64,000 bases of DNA. Origin: an uncultured virus (IMG/VR IMGVR_UViG_3300028745_000006) (lineage: Duplodnaviria; Heunggongvirae; Uroviricota; Caudoviricetes). Each line of letters begins with the position of its first letter. The first letter of the stretch is position 1. Position numbers and translations under genes: made by a program. The notes beneath the pieces are model-generated. The model searched no databases, was not told where the DNA came from, and saw only the letters and a program-made list of their open reading frames with translations. Where the stretch lies: the IMG/VR virus record IMGVR_UViG_3300028745_000006; one strand, 5' to 3'. Positions 53,548 to 63,734 of the stretch are shown piece by piece.

Positions 53548-53889
53548 TCATGCGCTTTTTTCGGAGCCCTTCGTCTTCGACTTCGCGTCCTCGATCTCCT
53601 TGAGACTCGCTCGGAGCGCGCCCAGGATGACCTGGGCGACCTTCTCCCCGTGGCTCTCCGGGAAGGTCGAGATGTCGAGCTCGACGGGCCCGCTCGCGAG
53701 AGCCTCGTGCGTCAAGCGCTCGAGGTCTGTGCCGATCGCGTGAGTGAGCCGAGGGAGCAAACGAAGGCCGGCGTTTCGCCGCCCTGCCTCCATGTCGCGG
53801 ATCATCGTGTCCGAGACGCCCAGCTCCCGAGCGAGCTCGGCGACGCTGAGCTTTGCCTTCTTGCGGTCTCTCTTGATGTCGATCGTCAT
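53548..53889 (-). CDS. XRE/Cro-C1 HTH regulator
   Basis: IKRDRKKAKLSVAELARELGVSDTMIRDMEAGRR. Confidence 0.85.
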   Translation of the reverse strand: MTIDIKRDRKKAKLSVAELARELGVSDTMIRDMEAGRRNAGLRLLPRLTHAIGTDLERLTHEALASGPVELDISTFPESHGEKVAQVILGALRASLKEIEDAKSKTKGSEKSA

Positions 53890-53923
53890 GCCGGCTCAGC
53901 GTAGCTCGGTCGAGCCTGGAGCG

Positions 53924-54223
53924 TCAAGCTCTACGCGCGAAAGGCGCCCGTCCTGTCCATGCCAGGTAGACCCCCTGAAGGAGCGGCAAGTCTGCCTTGT
54001 CGAGGTAGAGAAGGTCGGCCTCCGACGTGCCCAGGCCCGTGTCGATCATGACGAACCCGGTGAGCGAAGAGAACGTGGCTCGAGAGACCTTCCGACTTCC
54101 GAGCTGAATCTCGTCGAACGCGAGAACCACCCCGTAATCTGACAAAATGTCCATGTGCGCGATCCATGCGCGAATCTCGCTCCCCTGCATGGGGCCTGAA
54201 CCATGAAGAATAAACGTCGTCAC
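53924..54223 (-). CDS. Hypothetical protein
   Basis: 99 aa in a minus-strand run. Confidence 0.45.
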   Translation of the reverse strand: MTTFILHGSGPMQGSEIRAWIAHMDILSDYGVVLAFDEIQLGSRKVSRATFSSLTGFVMIDTGLGTSEADLLYLDKADLPLLQGVYLAWTGRAPFARRA

Positions 54224-55072
54224 CTTGTCAACTCCATTCTTCGTTCGTTAGGCGCACCATGTTGGCCAACAATGCGCGCGCAGCTTCGATGTCGGCCATG
54301 GTGAACGCAACAGATGGCGCGGAGCTGTGGGCGAACCACTGCTCGCACGGAATCACGATGGCAGCGTCGAGCGTTCCGGTTGCCTGCTCCGCGGGAGCTG
54401 AAAGGGTGTCTCGGTGGTGGTTCATCGGCGCCCGAGAAAGACCCGTGCGATAAGTCCGAAAACGAGTACCAGAACGAACGGCCAGATCAGGGCACCTGAG
54501 GTCACGACACAGATCGTTCCAAGGATAGACATGTGCCGCCTCTCTTCGGGCTGAGCGCTTGACCAGATGCGAAAGAAGTCGACCGTCAGCACCAGCGACG
54601 AGGCGACGGCGCCAAAGTTGTAGACCGGCACCAGGAGCGAGAAGATAGTGCCGGAGCAGACGGTCGCGAGCGTCACGGGTCTACCTCTGCGCGCTTCAGA
54701 TCCTTCAGGTCGTAGGCATCCACGCCGGCCTTCTTCGCCGTACGGAGAGTGATGCCAGAGGCCGCAGCAATCCGGCGGACGGTGGTCGCGGCACATCCGG
54801 ACCGGACCGCTTCGGCCAAGGCGACGGAGAATCCAGCGATCCATGCTTCGGCAGGCGACCGTACCTTCTTCGCATTTCGTCGAGGCTTCGCCTTCCGAAG
54901 GTTCAGCTTGAAGAGGACGCAGTCCTCAAGCCTGTAGTCGTGTGTGCACGACGCGTCGTACCCGCCAGCCACGCTTGCGGCGGCGACAGCTCCGCGTACG
55001 AAGTCACTCGTGACGCTGGCGGCGTTTGTCTCTTTGCTTTTCTTCATGCGAACATTTCCTTCTGTGATCTGA

Positions 55073-55642
55073 CTAGTCATCCCACGGGTAGGAAACCAGC
55101 TCGAGCAGGTCACTGCGCTCGATTCGATCTCCGACGCGTCTCGCGATCTCGGACGCGATCACGGCGTCGACGCAGTCGCGCATCGCTTCGGCGCCGGCGT
55201 TCTCAACGAGGTAGAATCTGCGATCGGAATGTCCCGCTGGCAGGTGCACGATGGGGCATTTTGCAAACTCATGGAATTGAGTCGCGGTGACATCAAGCAC
55301 CGATCCAAGCGCCTCGAGATCGGCGATCCTGTCTGCCTCGGTCTCGTCCTCACAAGGCGGAGGGGCGCCAACAACGGCCCAGCAGTGGCCCAGGCAGCGC
55401 CCGATCTTCTGCCGGAACCGGCCGCAGACGAACTCCACGTCAAGGCGCAAACTGCGCACGGCCGCGACAAGGACAACCGAAGCTTCTCCGCACCACCCGC
55501 CAAGTTTTTCCGCCTGCGATAGCTCTCCCGCAAAACCCGCGTACGTTTCCAGCGCATAGCGCTGCGTCTCTTCGCGTACGATACGCGCGACGCCGAGGAG
55601 CCTGTCGCCCGTGGCTTGGCTGGCGTACGTTGTTTGCACCAT
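55073..55642 (-). CDS. Putative transglutaminase-like (Cys-His-Asp) protein
   Basis: GWCGEAS, GHCWAV, LDVTATQF. Confidence 0.55.
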   Translation of the reverse strand: MVQTTYASQATGDRLLGVARIVREETQRYALETYAGFAGELSQAEKLGGWCGEASVVLVAAVRSLRLDVEFVCGRFRQKIGRCLGHCWAVVGAPPPCEDETEADRIADLEALGSVLDVTATQFHEFAKCPIVHLPAGHSDRRFYLVENAGAEAMRDCVDAVIASEIARRVGDRIERSDLLELVSYPWDD

Positions 55643-55745
55643 GATCAGGCCACTCTTCATCATCGCGCGCGGAATGTCAAGCGACACGCGTCGCGCTCGA
55701 CGTTTGACACGAAGCCGGGTGTGAAAGTCGCCGGCGAGGAGTAAG

Positions 55746-56075
55746 ATGCTGCGCATGCCAAGCACAGACCAGATCCTCGTCGGGGCAGCCTTGGGCATCT
55801 TCGGGCTGCTCGGAGGAGCGGCTTACGCGACGGCGCGACACGCTCACACGTGCCCGCGCTGCGCAAGGCGCTGGGTCCACAGCAGCCTCCTGATCCTCTC
55901 CAAGGCGCAGGAAGACCGGGCCCACGCGTGCCCAGGCTGCGGCACGGACTGGCGCTGGAAGGATGGCCATCTAAGCTGCGCTACCTCCGAGGCCGCGCGA
56001 GCCGACGACGCCCAGCGCGTCCGGCGTGGCCAGCCCGCACGGTACGTCGTCGCCCCTCACGTTCACGCGATCTGA
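55746..56075 (+). CDS. TM-anchored Zn-ribbon protein
   Basis: GAGGAG RBS, TM segment, CPRC..CPGC. Confidence 0.55.
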   Translation: MLRMPSTDQILVGAALGIFGLLGGAAYATARHAHTCPRCARRWVHSSLLILSKAQEDRAHACPGCGTDWRWKDGHLSCATSEAARADDAQRVRRGQPARYVVAPHVHAI

Positions 56076-56393
56076 TCAGATCTTTTTCGCTGCCGCTTCG
56101 CGCGCGATGCGGCGGACGGCTGCCTCGGTCACCTGCTTGGTGCCGTGGCACTCCATGCACCTGCCTGCGCCGGGCGCTCTCACCAGGCAGAATGGGCAGG
56201 CCACGATCGCGCAGTGGAGCGCGCAGTCCTCGCGGGCCTTGCCGCTCCGGCAGTGGCCGCACTCCTCCGGCGCGCACACGCCATAGTCGAACACCGCGGG
56301 CTCCGTGGTTGCCTTTGCGAGATACGCCGTCGCCGGCGCCCCATCGTCATCCATCCGCGCATGCTCGAGCTCCACGTCGCTACCTTTCTTCAT
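56076..56393 (-). CDS. Cys-rich hypothetical protein
   Basis: Multiple CxxC. Confidence 0.45.
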   Translation of the reverse strand: MKKGSDVELEHARMDDDGAPATAYLAKATTEPAVFDYGVCAPEECGHCRSGKAREDCALHCAIVACPFCLVRAPGAGRCMECHGTKQVTEAAVRRIAREAAAKKI

Positions 56394-56403
56394 GTTCGAT
56401 CCA

Positions 56404-57135
56404 TCACTGCATGCAAGCCTGCGCGCAGTACACGTTCATGCACCCGACGAACGTCGAGTCACTCGGACCGACGACCACCCCAGAGCACGGCGCGCCCGTC
56501 TCGCCGAAGCACGTCAACTGATCGGTCGCGTCCGCCAGGCTCGGGCTTGCGGTGAAGGCGTCGCAGCACTGCGCGATGAAGCATCCGCCGCATGCGTCGA
56601 GGTCGACCGCGCTTCCGGCGTTCGCCGCGAGCTGGGCTTGTGCCTGCTGGCAGGCCGAAGCTGCGACACCGCCGTCTGCCGCGAGGTTGACGACCGTCGG
56701 AGGAAGCTCCGTCCCGCAGTCATTGCGGCCGTACAGGTTCCATCCCGAGATGATCGGGAAGTCCTGAGGCTGAAACGTCGGGTCGACATCCTCGTCCTGC
56801 CGACTGTACCCGCCCGAGAGCGATGGCGGAACGCAGTCGTACAGCACCGAGCCGTTGTCGAGATCGGGCTGAATTCTGATCACGGACTGGACGAGCGCCT
56901 CGGTCTCGTAGATCGCCGTCGAACGCGACCACGAGCAGATCCATCGGCTTTGCCGAGCCGTGCAGTCGAGCAAGGTCGGCTCGACACCGGGAGGAAACCA
57001 CATGACCGTGCAAAAGAACGGAGCCTGATCCTCCGCGCAGATGGGGATGTCCTGTCCGTTTCTGCTGCAAGCCAGCGGCACAGCCGAGAGCAAAGAAACG
57101 GATACGGCCGCCGCAAGGAACGTCACTTTTCTCAT
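56404..57135 (-). CDS. Cys-rich lipoprotein
   Basis: Lipobox PLAC; C-terminal CGGCFIAQCC..CMNVYCAQAC. Confidence 0.7.
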   Translation of the reverse strand: MRKVTFLAAAVSVSLLSAVPLACSRNGQDIPICAEDQAPFFCTVMWFPPGVEPTLLDCTARQSRWICSWSRSTAIYETEALVQSVIRIQPDLDNGSVLYDCVPPSLSGGYSRQDEDVDPTFQPQDFPIISGWNLYGRNDCGTELPPTVVNLAADGGVAASACQQAQAQLAANAGSAVDLDACGGCFIAQCCDAFTASPSLADATDQLTCFGETGAPCSGVVVGPSDSTFVGCMNVYCAQACMQ

Positions 57136-57144
57136 GCTCGCGTC

Positions 57145-57435
57145 CTACCAGAGATTTTCTGAGAAAAGAAGACCCGCTACGATCCTGCTACCTTCTCTGA
57201 TCTGGTTGTGGAGACGAGCGCTCAAGATCGCTTGCTGTCGGTTCAGGAAGCGCCCCGTCTCGTCAAGAAACCCTTGCTCGTCGTTGTCGACCGAATCCAC
57301 GCCCGTGAGGCGCACGATCTCGCGAATGACGTCGTGGTGTCTGTTCGGCGGCGGAAGCGAATACACCTTGCCTTGAAACCGGATTGCGACGTGCGTGATC
57401 TTCGTCCGAGCCATGGATCGGGTGGCACGGCTCAC
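57145..57435 (-). CDS. Phage-type hypothetical protein
   Basis: RHHDVI..QGFLDETGRFLNRQQA..LFSENLW. Confidence 0.65.
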   Translation of the reverse strand: MSRATRSMARTKITHVAIRFQGKVYSLPPPNRHHDVIREIVRLTGVDSVDNDEQGFLDETGRFLNRQQAILSARLHNQIREGSRIVAGLLFSENLW

Positions 57436-57676
57436 GAGGGGTTGGCCGGCTCAAAGAGCGTCCAGAAATACGCCTCGGGCCCGCAAACGCGGTAGCCTCC
57501 ACCCACCTCCACCGCTACGTCACCAACGAACATGCAGAGACGCGCACACGGCAGGTCCAGCGTCGCCACCTCGACGATCTCGCAGAGGGCATCGGTCGCG
57601 AGCTCACGCACGATCATGCCTTCCGCCGCTCCAGCGACCCTTGGGCCGATGTCCACCAGAGGAAGCTGAGCGTAGC

Positions 57677-58039
57677 TCACGACCGGCTCCGCGTGGCGAC
57701 AGGAGCCGACGCCATCGGCTTGACGAGCCCCTCCAGTGGATCGCCAAGGCCCGCGTCGACCGCTTTCCGGCGGTACTCTTCAGACGCCATGAGATAGGGA
57801 GCCGACGCGCGCGCCGCCGCTTCGTTGTTCGGTCTGAACGCGACCTCTCCGATCGCGCGCTGCTGGACGGCGAGGTAGCGGAGGCTCGGGTTCTTGTCGT
57901 TCTCCTGGCCTGGTCTGTACTCGTGCCAGATGGCGTTCTGCATGGGCTTGCGCACCTTGGCCCAGTGAGATCGGCACATGAACATCGACGGAGGCACGCC
58001 GGCGTTGCATCCATGCGCATGGCAAGTGTGGTAACCCAT
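57677..58039 (-). CDS. Phage-type Zn-binding hypothetical protein
   Basis: HTCHAHGC..MFMCRSHW; GAGGA RBS. Confidence 0.65.
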   Translation of the reverse strand: MGYHTCHAHGCNAGVPPSMFMCRSHWAKVRKPMQNAIWHEYRPGQENDKNPSLRYLAVQQRAIGEVAFRPNNEAAARASAPYLMASEEYRRKAVDAGLGDPLEGLVKPMASAPVATRSRS

Positions 58040-58348
58040 CGTCAGTCATCCTCTAGGCATTTTGCCATCATCCGACCATCCTGCGCTCTTGCGCGCGCCT
58101 GCGCCGTCTACCGCGCCGCGCGCCAACTCCCGCCCGGACGGAGACGCCCTTCGTCACCACGACAATAGGCCGTTCGTCCCGCCACGCCCGCTTGAACGCG
58201 GCGCGGAACGATGCATCTCGCAGCTCGTCGCCGAGCCATGCGCCGGCGGCAGCCTGCCTACGTGCGGTCTTGCTCACTTCGGTCATTCTGCACTTATAGC
58301 CCATCCGGCACAGGCCGGTCTTCACCGTGTCGCTTTCGCTCGTCTCCT

Positions 58349-58418
58349 GCGAACATCGTGAGCTGAAGGGTCCAGGGCCCTTTGGCCCTGGCGGGGGTGC
58401 AGGGGGCGGAGCCCCCTG
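58349..58418 (-). repeat. 70-bp repeat directly after the DinG-like gene stop
   Basis: Full consensus copy. Confidence 0.95.
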
Positions 58419-58428
58419 CGGGTCTCGC

Positions 58429-61400
58429 TCACTCTCTACCGAGAAAGTCCCCGATGTCGTTGATGTTCTGCATTGGCTCGCCCATGCCCAGCGCGTCGAC
58501 GACCCGCGCGCCGTACTTGGACTCATCGGTGAGGCGCCGGTCGAGAATGACGACGACGCCGCGATCGTCTTTGGCCCGAACGAGCCGGCCTACGCCCTGG
58601 CGGAGGGCGATGATGGCCTTGGGGAGCATATAGTCGTAGAAGATGTTGATCTTCCGTGCGCGAGGGTCGCGCTTTGGGTTGAGGAGCTCGCGGGCAGCGG
58701 CCTCTTCAAGCCAGCTCACGATCGGGTCGTCCTTGGGAGGGAAGGGAAGCCGGTCGATGACGACGCAGCTCAGGCTCCGGCCTGGCACGTCGACGCCGGC
58801 CCAGAAGCTCTTGGTGCCCAAAAGGACGCTGGATTCGTCCTCTTTGAAGCGGCGGATCAGGTGCTGGCGCGGGGCTTCGCCCTGAACGAGGATCGTGTAG
58901 GTCGAGCCCAACTTTTCCCGAACGAGCTCGGCGACGATGTCGAGGCGCTTTTTTGACGCGAAGAGGCCGAGGGTGCGGCCGCGAGATTGCTCGATCGACT
59001 GGACGACGAGCTTGCCGATCCCGTTCTCGAAAGCGCGCAGATCCTTCGGGTCAGGGGAGTTCCACGGGATCACGAGCCTGGACTGCTTCTTCAGGTCGAA
59101 GGGGCTTGAGACGATGAGCCGAGAGGCTCTCCAGGCGCCGACCGAGCGAACGAAGAAATCGAGTCGCCCGCCGCCGCCGTTGGGGACGACCGTCGACAGC
59201 GTTGCGCTGGTCGCGATGACGCTGGCGAAGTTCTCCGAGTCGAAGAGCAGCCGTTGCAGGTGCGGGCCCACTTCGATCGGGAGCGAGCCCAGGGTGACGG
59301 ATTTGGTGTCTCCCGCGTGCTCGACGAAGTAGACGCTTTTTGTGGACTCGGTCAGGTTGATCACCCGCTCGATGTCGTCCGCGAGCTTTCTGGCGCGCCC
59401 TGCGGCGTTGACCAGCATGTCGAGCTCGGGCCCCGAGCCACCTTCGCGTCCTTCTTCCTCGCGCTTCTCGTCGTCCTTGGTGCGAAACTCGTCGGCCGCC
59501 CCGTCGTACAGATTCGCCGTACGCCGCAAGAGACCCGTGAGGTTCGACGGGTCGACCATCTTGGGCCCCTTGATCCGGAGTCTGTTCTCGGATGCGCGCA
59601 CGACCGCGTCGATGGCGTTCGGCTCGGCGAACGCCGGCCTGTCGTCCCAGCGCACATCGACGACGCCGTCGCTGTCGACGACAACGTTTTGACTTTGTGG
59701 CGAATCTTCCTTCTTCGGCTCCTGAAAGAAGACTTCCTCGACCTGCATGAAGAAATCCGACCCTGCCTGGTTGAGGCCCATCTGGAGATCCTCGTCGATC
59801 ACGCCGAGGCGTGTCTTGGCGCGCCGGGCGCCCGAAGGCGCGAGGAGGCGACCCGCATAGCGGACCGCGCCCTGGGTGAGGCGCAGGCCCAAGAACTCGC
59901 GGGCGATGTCGGCCGCCTCGTGGCAGTTGTGGACCACGACGTTCTCCACCAGGTAGGTGTGCGTTGACTCGATCTCCAGGTTGTAGACGACACCCCCTGG
60001 ACACGCGCCACCAAAGGTGCCGTCGGGCGTCGGCTCGATGACCTCCACGTCGAGCACCGATGAGAACCATCGCTTTTCGGCGCCTGGGCTGACATCGCCA
60101 CGGTCTCGGATCACGCGATCGGCCATCTTCTTGGCCTGGTGGTAGCCCTTGAAGTGGCGGGGGGAACGAAGCGCGAATGCAGGGACCCAGCCGCGCTCAG
60201 TGAGAAAGGGATGCCACGGCGTGCACACCAACACGACGTCATGATCGCCGTCTCCGTCGCCCTCGACACGTACTCGAACCAGGCTGCTAGGCCGACTCGA
60301 TAGCACCTGGCAGACAGTGGCAAGAACAAAGCTCCGCGTCGTCTCGTTGTACGACCGCACCTTGTCGCCTACGCAAACGCGCTCGATCGGAACGCGGCCG
60401 ACCATCGTCCCGGCGACGAAGCACTCGTCGAGGATCGCGATGTCGAACGGGGGCAGCACATTCCCAAGGGTCAAGTGCGCGAAGAGTAGGTGGTAGTTGG
60501 TCACCATGATGTTCGCGTCGTGCCACGCCGTCTTGGCCTTCTCGGAGTAGCAGGAGCCGTGGTTCGGGCAGCTCTTTCCCAAGCAGTCGTCCGCCGAGAC
60601 GCTCACCCTTGGCTTCAGGGCGCGGCCGAGCTCAAAGGGCAGCTCCGAAAGGTCGCCCGTCCTGGTCTCCCTCGACCAGCGCCGGATCTCGGTCCAGAGC
60701 CGAGTCAGCTCTGCGTCGCGAAACGGCTGGCGCTCGAGCTCCGCGTTCGTCCCCTCGATTCGGTCAAGGCAGGCGTACTGCTGTCGGCCCTTCGCGATCG
60801 CTGCCGTGAACTCCCATGGCAACACCGTCTGGAGCCGCGGGACGTCGCTCGAGATCAACTGCGACTGTAGTGCGATGTTCGCGGTCACAATCAGCGCCCT
60901 GGGTGGTCCATCGTTTTCCGCAGAGGGCGACCGCGCTGCCATGAGCTCATCGGCCCGCTGCGTCACGTGGTAGATCGCCGGCACCATGTAGGCGACCGAC
61001 TTGCCCGTGTTGTGCGTCACCGTGAGATCGTCGAGGAGGTAGCGACCATCCCCATCGAGCGAGAAGCCGTAGTAGCGTCCAGTCTCTCCGTGTCGCTCGA
61101 CGCGAAACGAGAAAAAGTGCCGCTGCATGAAGTCCCATCCCGCGGATGGGTGGTTGTACTGGAACAGCACAAATTGCCGCTTGAGCGCTTCGGGCCACTC
61201 GAGCCACGCTCGCACAGTGACATCGACGACGCTGTCACCGCAGCCGTACGACTGAACCCGCTGAAGCGTCTTCAAAGTATCGACGTACCAGGCCGTCGCG
61301 GCATCCCCATTGGCGGTGATGTCCTCCTGCTGGCGCGACGTGCGCGCGCGCAGGAGCGTCAGCACATGGTCCAGGTTCACCCGCCACGGGCGAAGCCGCG

Positions 61401-61734
61401 CCAGGTCCGGCACGATGTCCACCAGCTCGGCCTCGCCTCGCACGAGCTCGACGACCCGACGAGGCTCGCGGCTGGGTCCTGCAAGCAGGTCGCCGACGAC
61501 GATGTCCTCGACTCGCTTCGTGTTCTCAAAGAACCTGAGCGACCCGTCGAACATCAGGATCCCTTGCCCCGCCGCATGGCACCCCGTCGGCGCCTCGATC
61601 ATCGCCGGCCGGCGATCCAAGATCGCCTGATCCACCGCGCGCGCCATCTCGACCTGCCCCTCGCGCGGCACGTACCCCGCGTAAGCCTGGCCAAGGTAGC
61701 CGTCAGGGCCAAAAACATCGTCGATGTAGGTCAC
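58429..61734 (-). CDS. DinG/YoaA-like Fe-S helicase precursor with two inteins
   Basis: REGQ, APTG|TGKS, Cys cluster YAC..DCLGKSCPNHGSC, ILDE|CH, TSATL, FWAGVDVPG, QGVGRLVR; AGAAGG before GTG 61734. Confidence 0.92.
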   Translation of the reverse strand: MTYIDDVFGPDGYLGQAYAGYVPREGQVEMARAVDQAILDRRPAMIEAPTGCHAAGQGILMFDGSLRFFENTKRVEDIVVGDLLAGPSREPRRVVELVRGEAELVDIVPDLARLRPWRVNLDHVLTLLRARTSRQQEDITANGDAATAWYVDTLKTLQRVQSYGCGDSVVDVTVRAWLEWPEALKRQFVLFQYNHPSAGWDFMQRHFFSFRVERHGETGRYYGFSLDGDGRYLLDDLTVTHNTGKSVAYMVPAIYHVTQRADELMAARSPSAENDGPPRALIVTANIALQSQLISSDVPRLQTVLPWEFTAAIAKGRQQYACLDRIEGTNAELERQPFRDAELTRLWTEIRRWSRETRTGDLSELPFELGRALKPRVSVSADDCLGKSCPNHGSCYSEKAKTAWHDANIMVTNYHLLFAHLTLGNVLPPFDIAILDECFVAGTMVGRVPIERVCVGDKVRSYNETTRSFVLATVCQVLSSRPSSLVRVRVEGDGDGDHDVVLVCTPWHPFLTERGWVPAFALRSPRHFKGYHQAKKMADRVIRDRGDVSPGAEKRWFSSVLDVEVIEPTPDGTFGGACPGGVVYNLEIESTHTYLVENVVVHNCHEAADIAREFLGLRLTQGAVRYAGRLLAPSGARRAKTRLGVIDEDLQMGLNQAGSDFFMQVEEVFFQEPKKEDSPQSQNVVVDSDGVVDVRWDDRPAFAEPNAIDAVVRASENRLRIKGPKMVDPSNLTGLLRRTANLYDGAADEFRTKDDEKREEEGREGGSGPELDMLVNAAGRARKLADDIERVINLTESTKSVYFVEHAGDTKSVTLGSLPIEVGPHLQRLLFDSENFASVIATSATLSTVVPNGGGGRLDFFVRSVGAWRASRLIVSSPFDLKKQSRLVIPWNSPDPKDLRAFENGIGKLVVQSIEQSRGRTLGLFASKKRLDIVAELVREKLGSTYTILVQGEAPRQHLIRRFKEDESSVLLGTKSFWAGVDVPGRSLSCVVIDRLPFPPKDDPIVSWLEEAAARELLNPKRDPRARKINIFYDYMLPKAIIALRQGVGRLVRAKDDRGVVVILDRRLTDESKYGARVVDALGMGEPMQNINDIGDFLGRE
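59926..60423 (-). mobile_element. Mini-intein (166 aa) in Walker B
   Basis: Starts CFVAGT, has CTPWHPF (block B), ends VYNLEI..VVHN then +1 Cys. Confidence 0.92.
61009..61581 (-). mobile_element. Mini-intein (191 aa) in Walker A
   Basis: Starts CHAAGQ, has VNLDHVL, ends YYGFSLDGDGRYLL..THN then +1 Thr. Confidence 0.92.
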
Positions 61735-61785
61735 GTAGATCCTTCTGTGGAAAGATGCTTGGGGGCTGCCAGCACCCAACTGGGG

Positions 61786-62163
61786 CTAACTTCGTAGCGT
61801 GTTGAGATAGCCGAAGAAATGGCGCCAAAGATCCGGCGCCAAAGCCTGGTGCCTACGAAACTCGTCCATCGCAACATCATCTTCGAGGATCTTGATAAGA
61901 AAATCCTTCGGAAGAGTTTCCGGGTGTGTGCGGATTACGTGACCACGCATCAAGGTAAGAGCAACGCTATGATGGAAGTGACAATGCCCGTAGCACTTTC
62001 CGCATACTTTGCAGCGGATGGCCCCGCAGCTAGGCTCGGCGCAACTATTTCCTTCGCAGGGAGGATGCGCCGATGATGCTGCGACAGAAGCGCATGATGT
62101 TCCGCAGCAGCGCTTGAATTTCTTGCCAGATCCACACCGGCAAAGCCCATTGCGTCCGTTCAT
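61786..62163 (-). CDS. SEC-C motif protein
   Basis: GRNGLCRCGSGKKFKRCCG. Confidence 0.7.
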   Translation of the reverse strand: MNGRNGLCRCGSGKKFKRCCGTSCASVAASSAHPPCEGNSCAEPSCGAIRCKVCGKCYGHCHFHHSVALTLMRGHVIRTHPETLPKDFLIKILEDDVAMDEFRRHQALAPDLWRHFFGYLNTLRS

Positions 62164-62226
62164 CTGTGTTTCGTATCAGTACCGAGCATCAAGCGTCAAG
62201 CTACACGAGAGTGCGTTGCTACCTCG

Positions 62227-62520
62227 CTATCTCGCGCGAATGATTCTGGCTCCGCTCCTGTACGCCTTCTTCATGCTCTGGGCGATCGTTCTCCACGACT
62301 CGTTGGTCGCGGCTTTTTCGCTCGCGTCTTCGATGATGACAAGGTCGTCAAGAGCCTTCGCGCACCCCTCTCGCTCGACCAGCGCGGCAGATTTTGCCAT
62401 CTCCTCGAAGAACGCACCAAGGATCGGAACGAGGAGCTCCCGGATCATTTCCTTCTGGTCCGGGTTTGCTTCACAGAGCTTGGACACCAACTCGGGCGGC
62501 AACTTTTGGCTATTCGGCAT
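62227..62520 (-). CDS. Hypothetical protein
   Basis: 97 aa, AAGGA RBS. Confidence 0.55.
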   Translation of the reverse strand: MPNSQKLPPELVSKLCEANPDQKEMIRELLVPILGAFFEEMAKSAALVEREGCAKALDDLVIIEDASEKAATNESWRTIAQSMKKAYRSGARIIRAR

Positions 62521-62544
62521 TGCCGCTTTTCCTTTCGCGCACGC

Positions 62545-63318
62545 TCAACACATGCAGTTGTACTCGGTCTTGCCACAGATCGTGAGTGGCTTCACCGTCT
62601 TGCCGCAGGAGTGGCACATCTCTCCGACGTCAGAAGCCAACCATGCCCGCACGCCGCCCTTCGTGGCAGATTGAGCTGCCGCCGTGACCGTTGACGGCGC
62701 GGCTTTTGCGCCCGAAACACCACGGGTCGTGAAAGGAAGGAACTCGACGATCGAAACGCGCTGGAAGCCTTGCCTCGGCGCAAGACTGCACTGTTGCAGG
62801 CGGAGAATGTCGGCCTTGGTCTTGACGGGACCGAGCGGCGGCGCACATGAAATGTGCACCGTGTCACAGGCATAGAGCGCTGGATCCAGCATGCCAGGGT
62901 CGTCAGGCATGGCAAGTCGAGCGCGGAACGCCTGCACGAGGAGGTCGACGTCCTTGGCGCCACCGTGGTTGCGCGAGCCGTCAACGAGGAACAGGCCGTC
63001 TCCGTAGTATGCCACGCTCAGCCAGAAACCAGCCCCTGACGCGTGGTAACCGCTGAACGCCCAGCGGTAGCCGCGAACCGCACGAATATGAGCCGACAGC
63101 TCCTGTGCGAGCGTGTAATGCGTCATCCCCGACGGGAGGATGCTCCTGAGCGCGCCGACGTAGAAAAGCAGGCAGTCCTGGCACTTGGCATGAAAGACAG
63201 CGACGGGCGCGCGAACGGGATCGATGCAGAGAGAAACCGGAGTCTCGTGGCTATAACAGCCCGAGAAGCACGCGTGCTCTTCGATGGCCAGGAGGAGCGA
63301 TGCAGGGAGAGCCATCAC
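62545..63318 (-). CDS. Cys-rich hypothetical protein
   Basis: 257 aa, coupled to the upstream ORF. Confidence 0.55.
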   Translation of the reverse strand: MMALPASLLLAIEEHACFSGCYSHETPVSLCIDPVRAPVAVFHAKCQDCLLFYVGALRSILPSGMTHYTLAQELSAHIRAVRGYRWAFSGYHASGAGFWLSVAYYGDGLFLVDGSRNHGGAKDVDLLVQAFRARLAMPDDPGMLDPALYACDTVHISCAPPLGPVKTKADILRLQQCSLAPRQGFQRVSIVEFLPFTTRGVSGAKAAPSTVTAAAQSATKGGVRAWLASDVGEMCHSCGKTVKPLTICGKTEYNCMC

Positions 63319-63671
63319 CAGCCTCCCAGGAGGTGGAGCGCCGCCACCACCTCGAGCGCGTCGCTCACGGCGAAGAGCGACATGCCACGAACCTGCCAGG
63401 TGCAGCCGGGGTGGGCTCCACGCACGAGATCGGTCAAGATCTTTGGGACGTTCGCCACATCATGGCCCGTCTTGAAGATCTCCCACGCGACGTTGCTCCG
63501 CGTGACGATGGTGCCAAGACCGATGCCGCGCGCCGGATCGTAGTTCGGGGGGAAGTACGACGGGTCCTCGGCCCTCGTGATCAGGGCGCGCCGCTGAATG
63601 TGAGCGACGGCGGACCCGATCCTCACGGTCGGCGGACACGTGGCAAGCCCAGGCACATCTTTGACAATCAT
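63315..63671 (-). CDS. Hypothetical protein
   Basis: AGGAG RBS before ATG 63671. Confidence 0.5.
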   Translation of the reverse strand: MIVKDVPGLATCPPTVRIGSAVAHIQRRALITRAEDPSYFPPNYDPARGIGLGTIVTRSNVAWEIFKTGHDVANVPKILTDLVRGAHPGCTWQVRGMSLFAVSDALEVVAALHLLGGW

Positions 63672-63675
63672 GGTC

Positions 63676-63734
63676 TGCAAGCTCCTGCGCCAGGATGGCG
63701 CGATGATGCAAGCTCCTGCGCCAGGATGGCGCGA
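63676..63734. repeat. 28-bp direct repeat, 31-bp period
   Basis: TGCAAGCTCCTGCGCCAGGATGGCGCGA twice. Confidence 0.85.
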
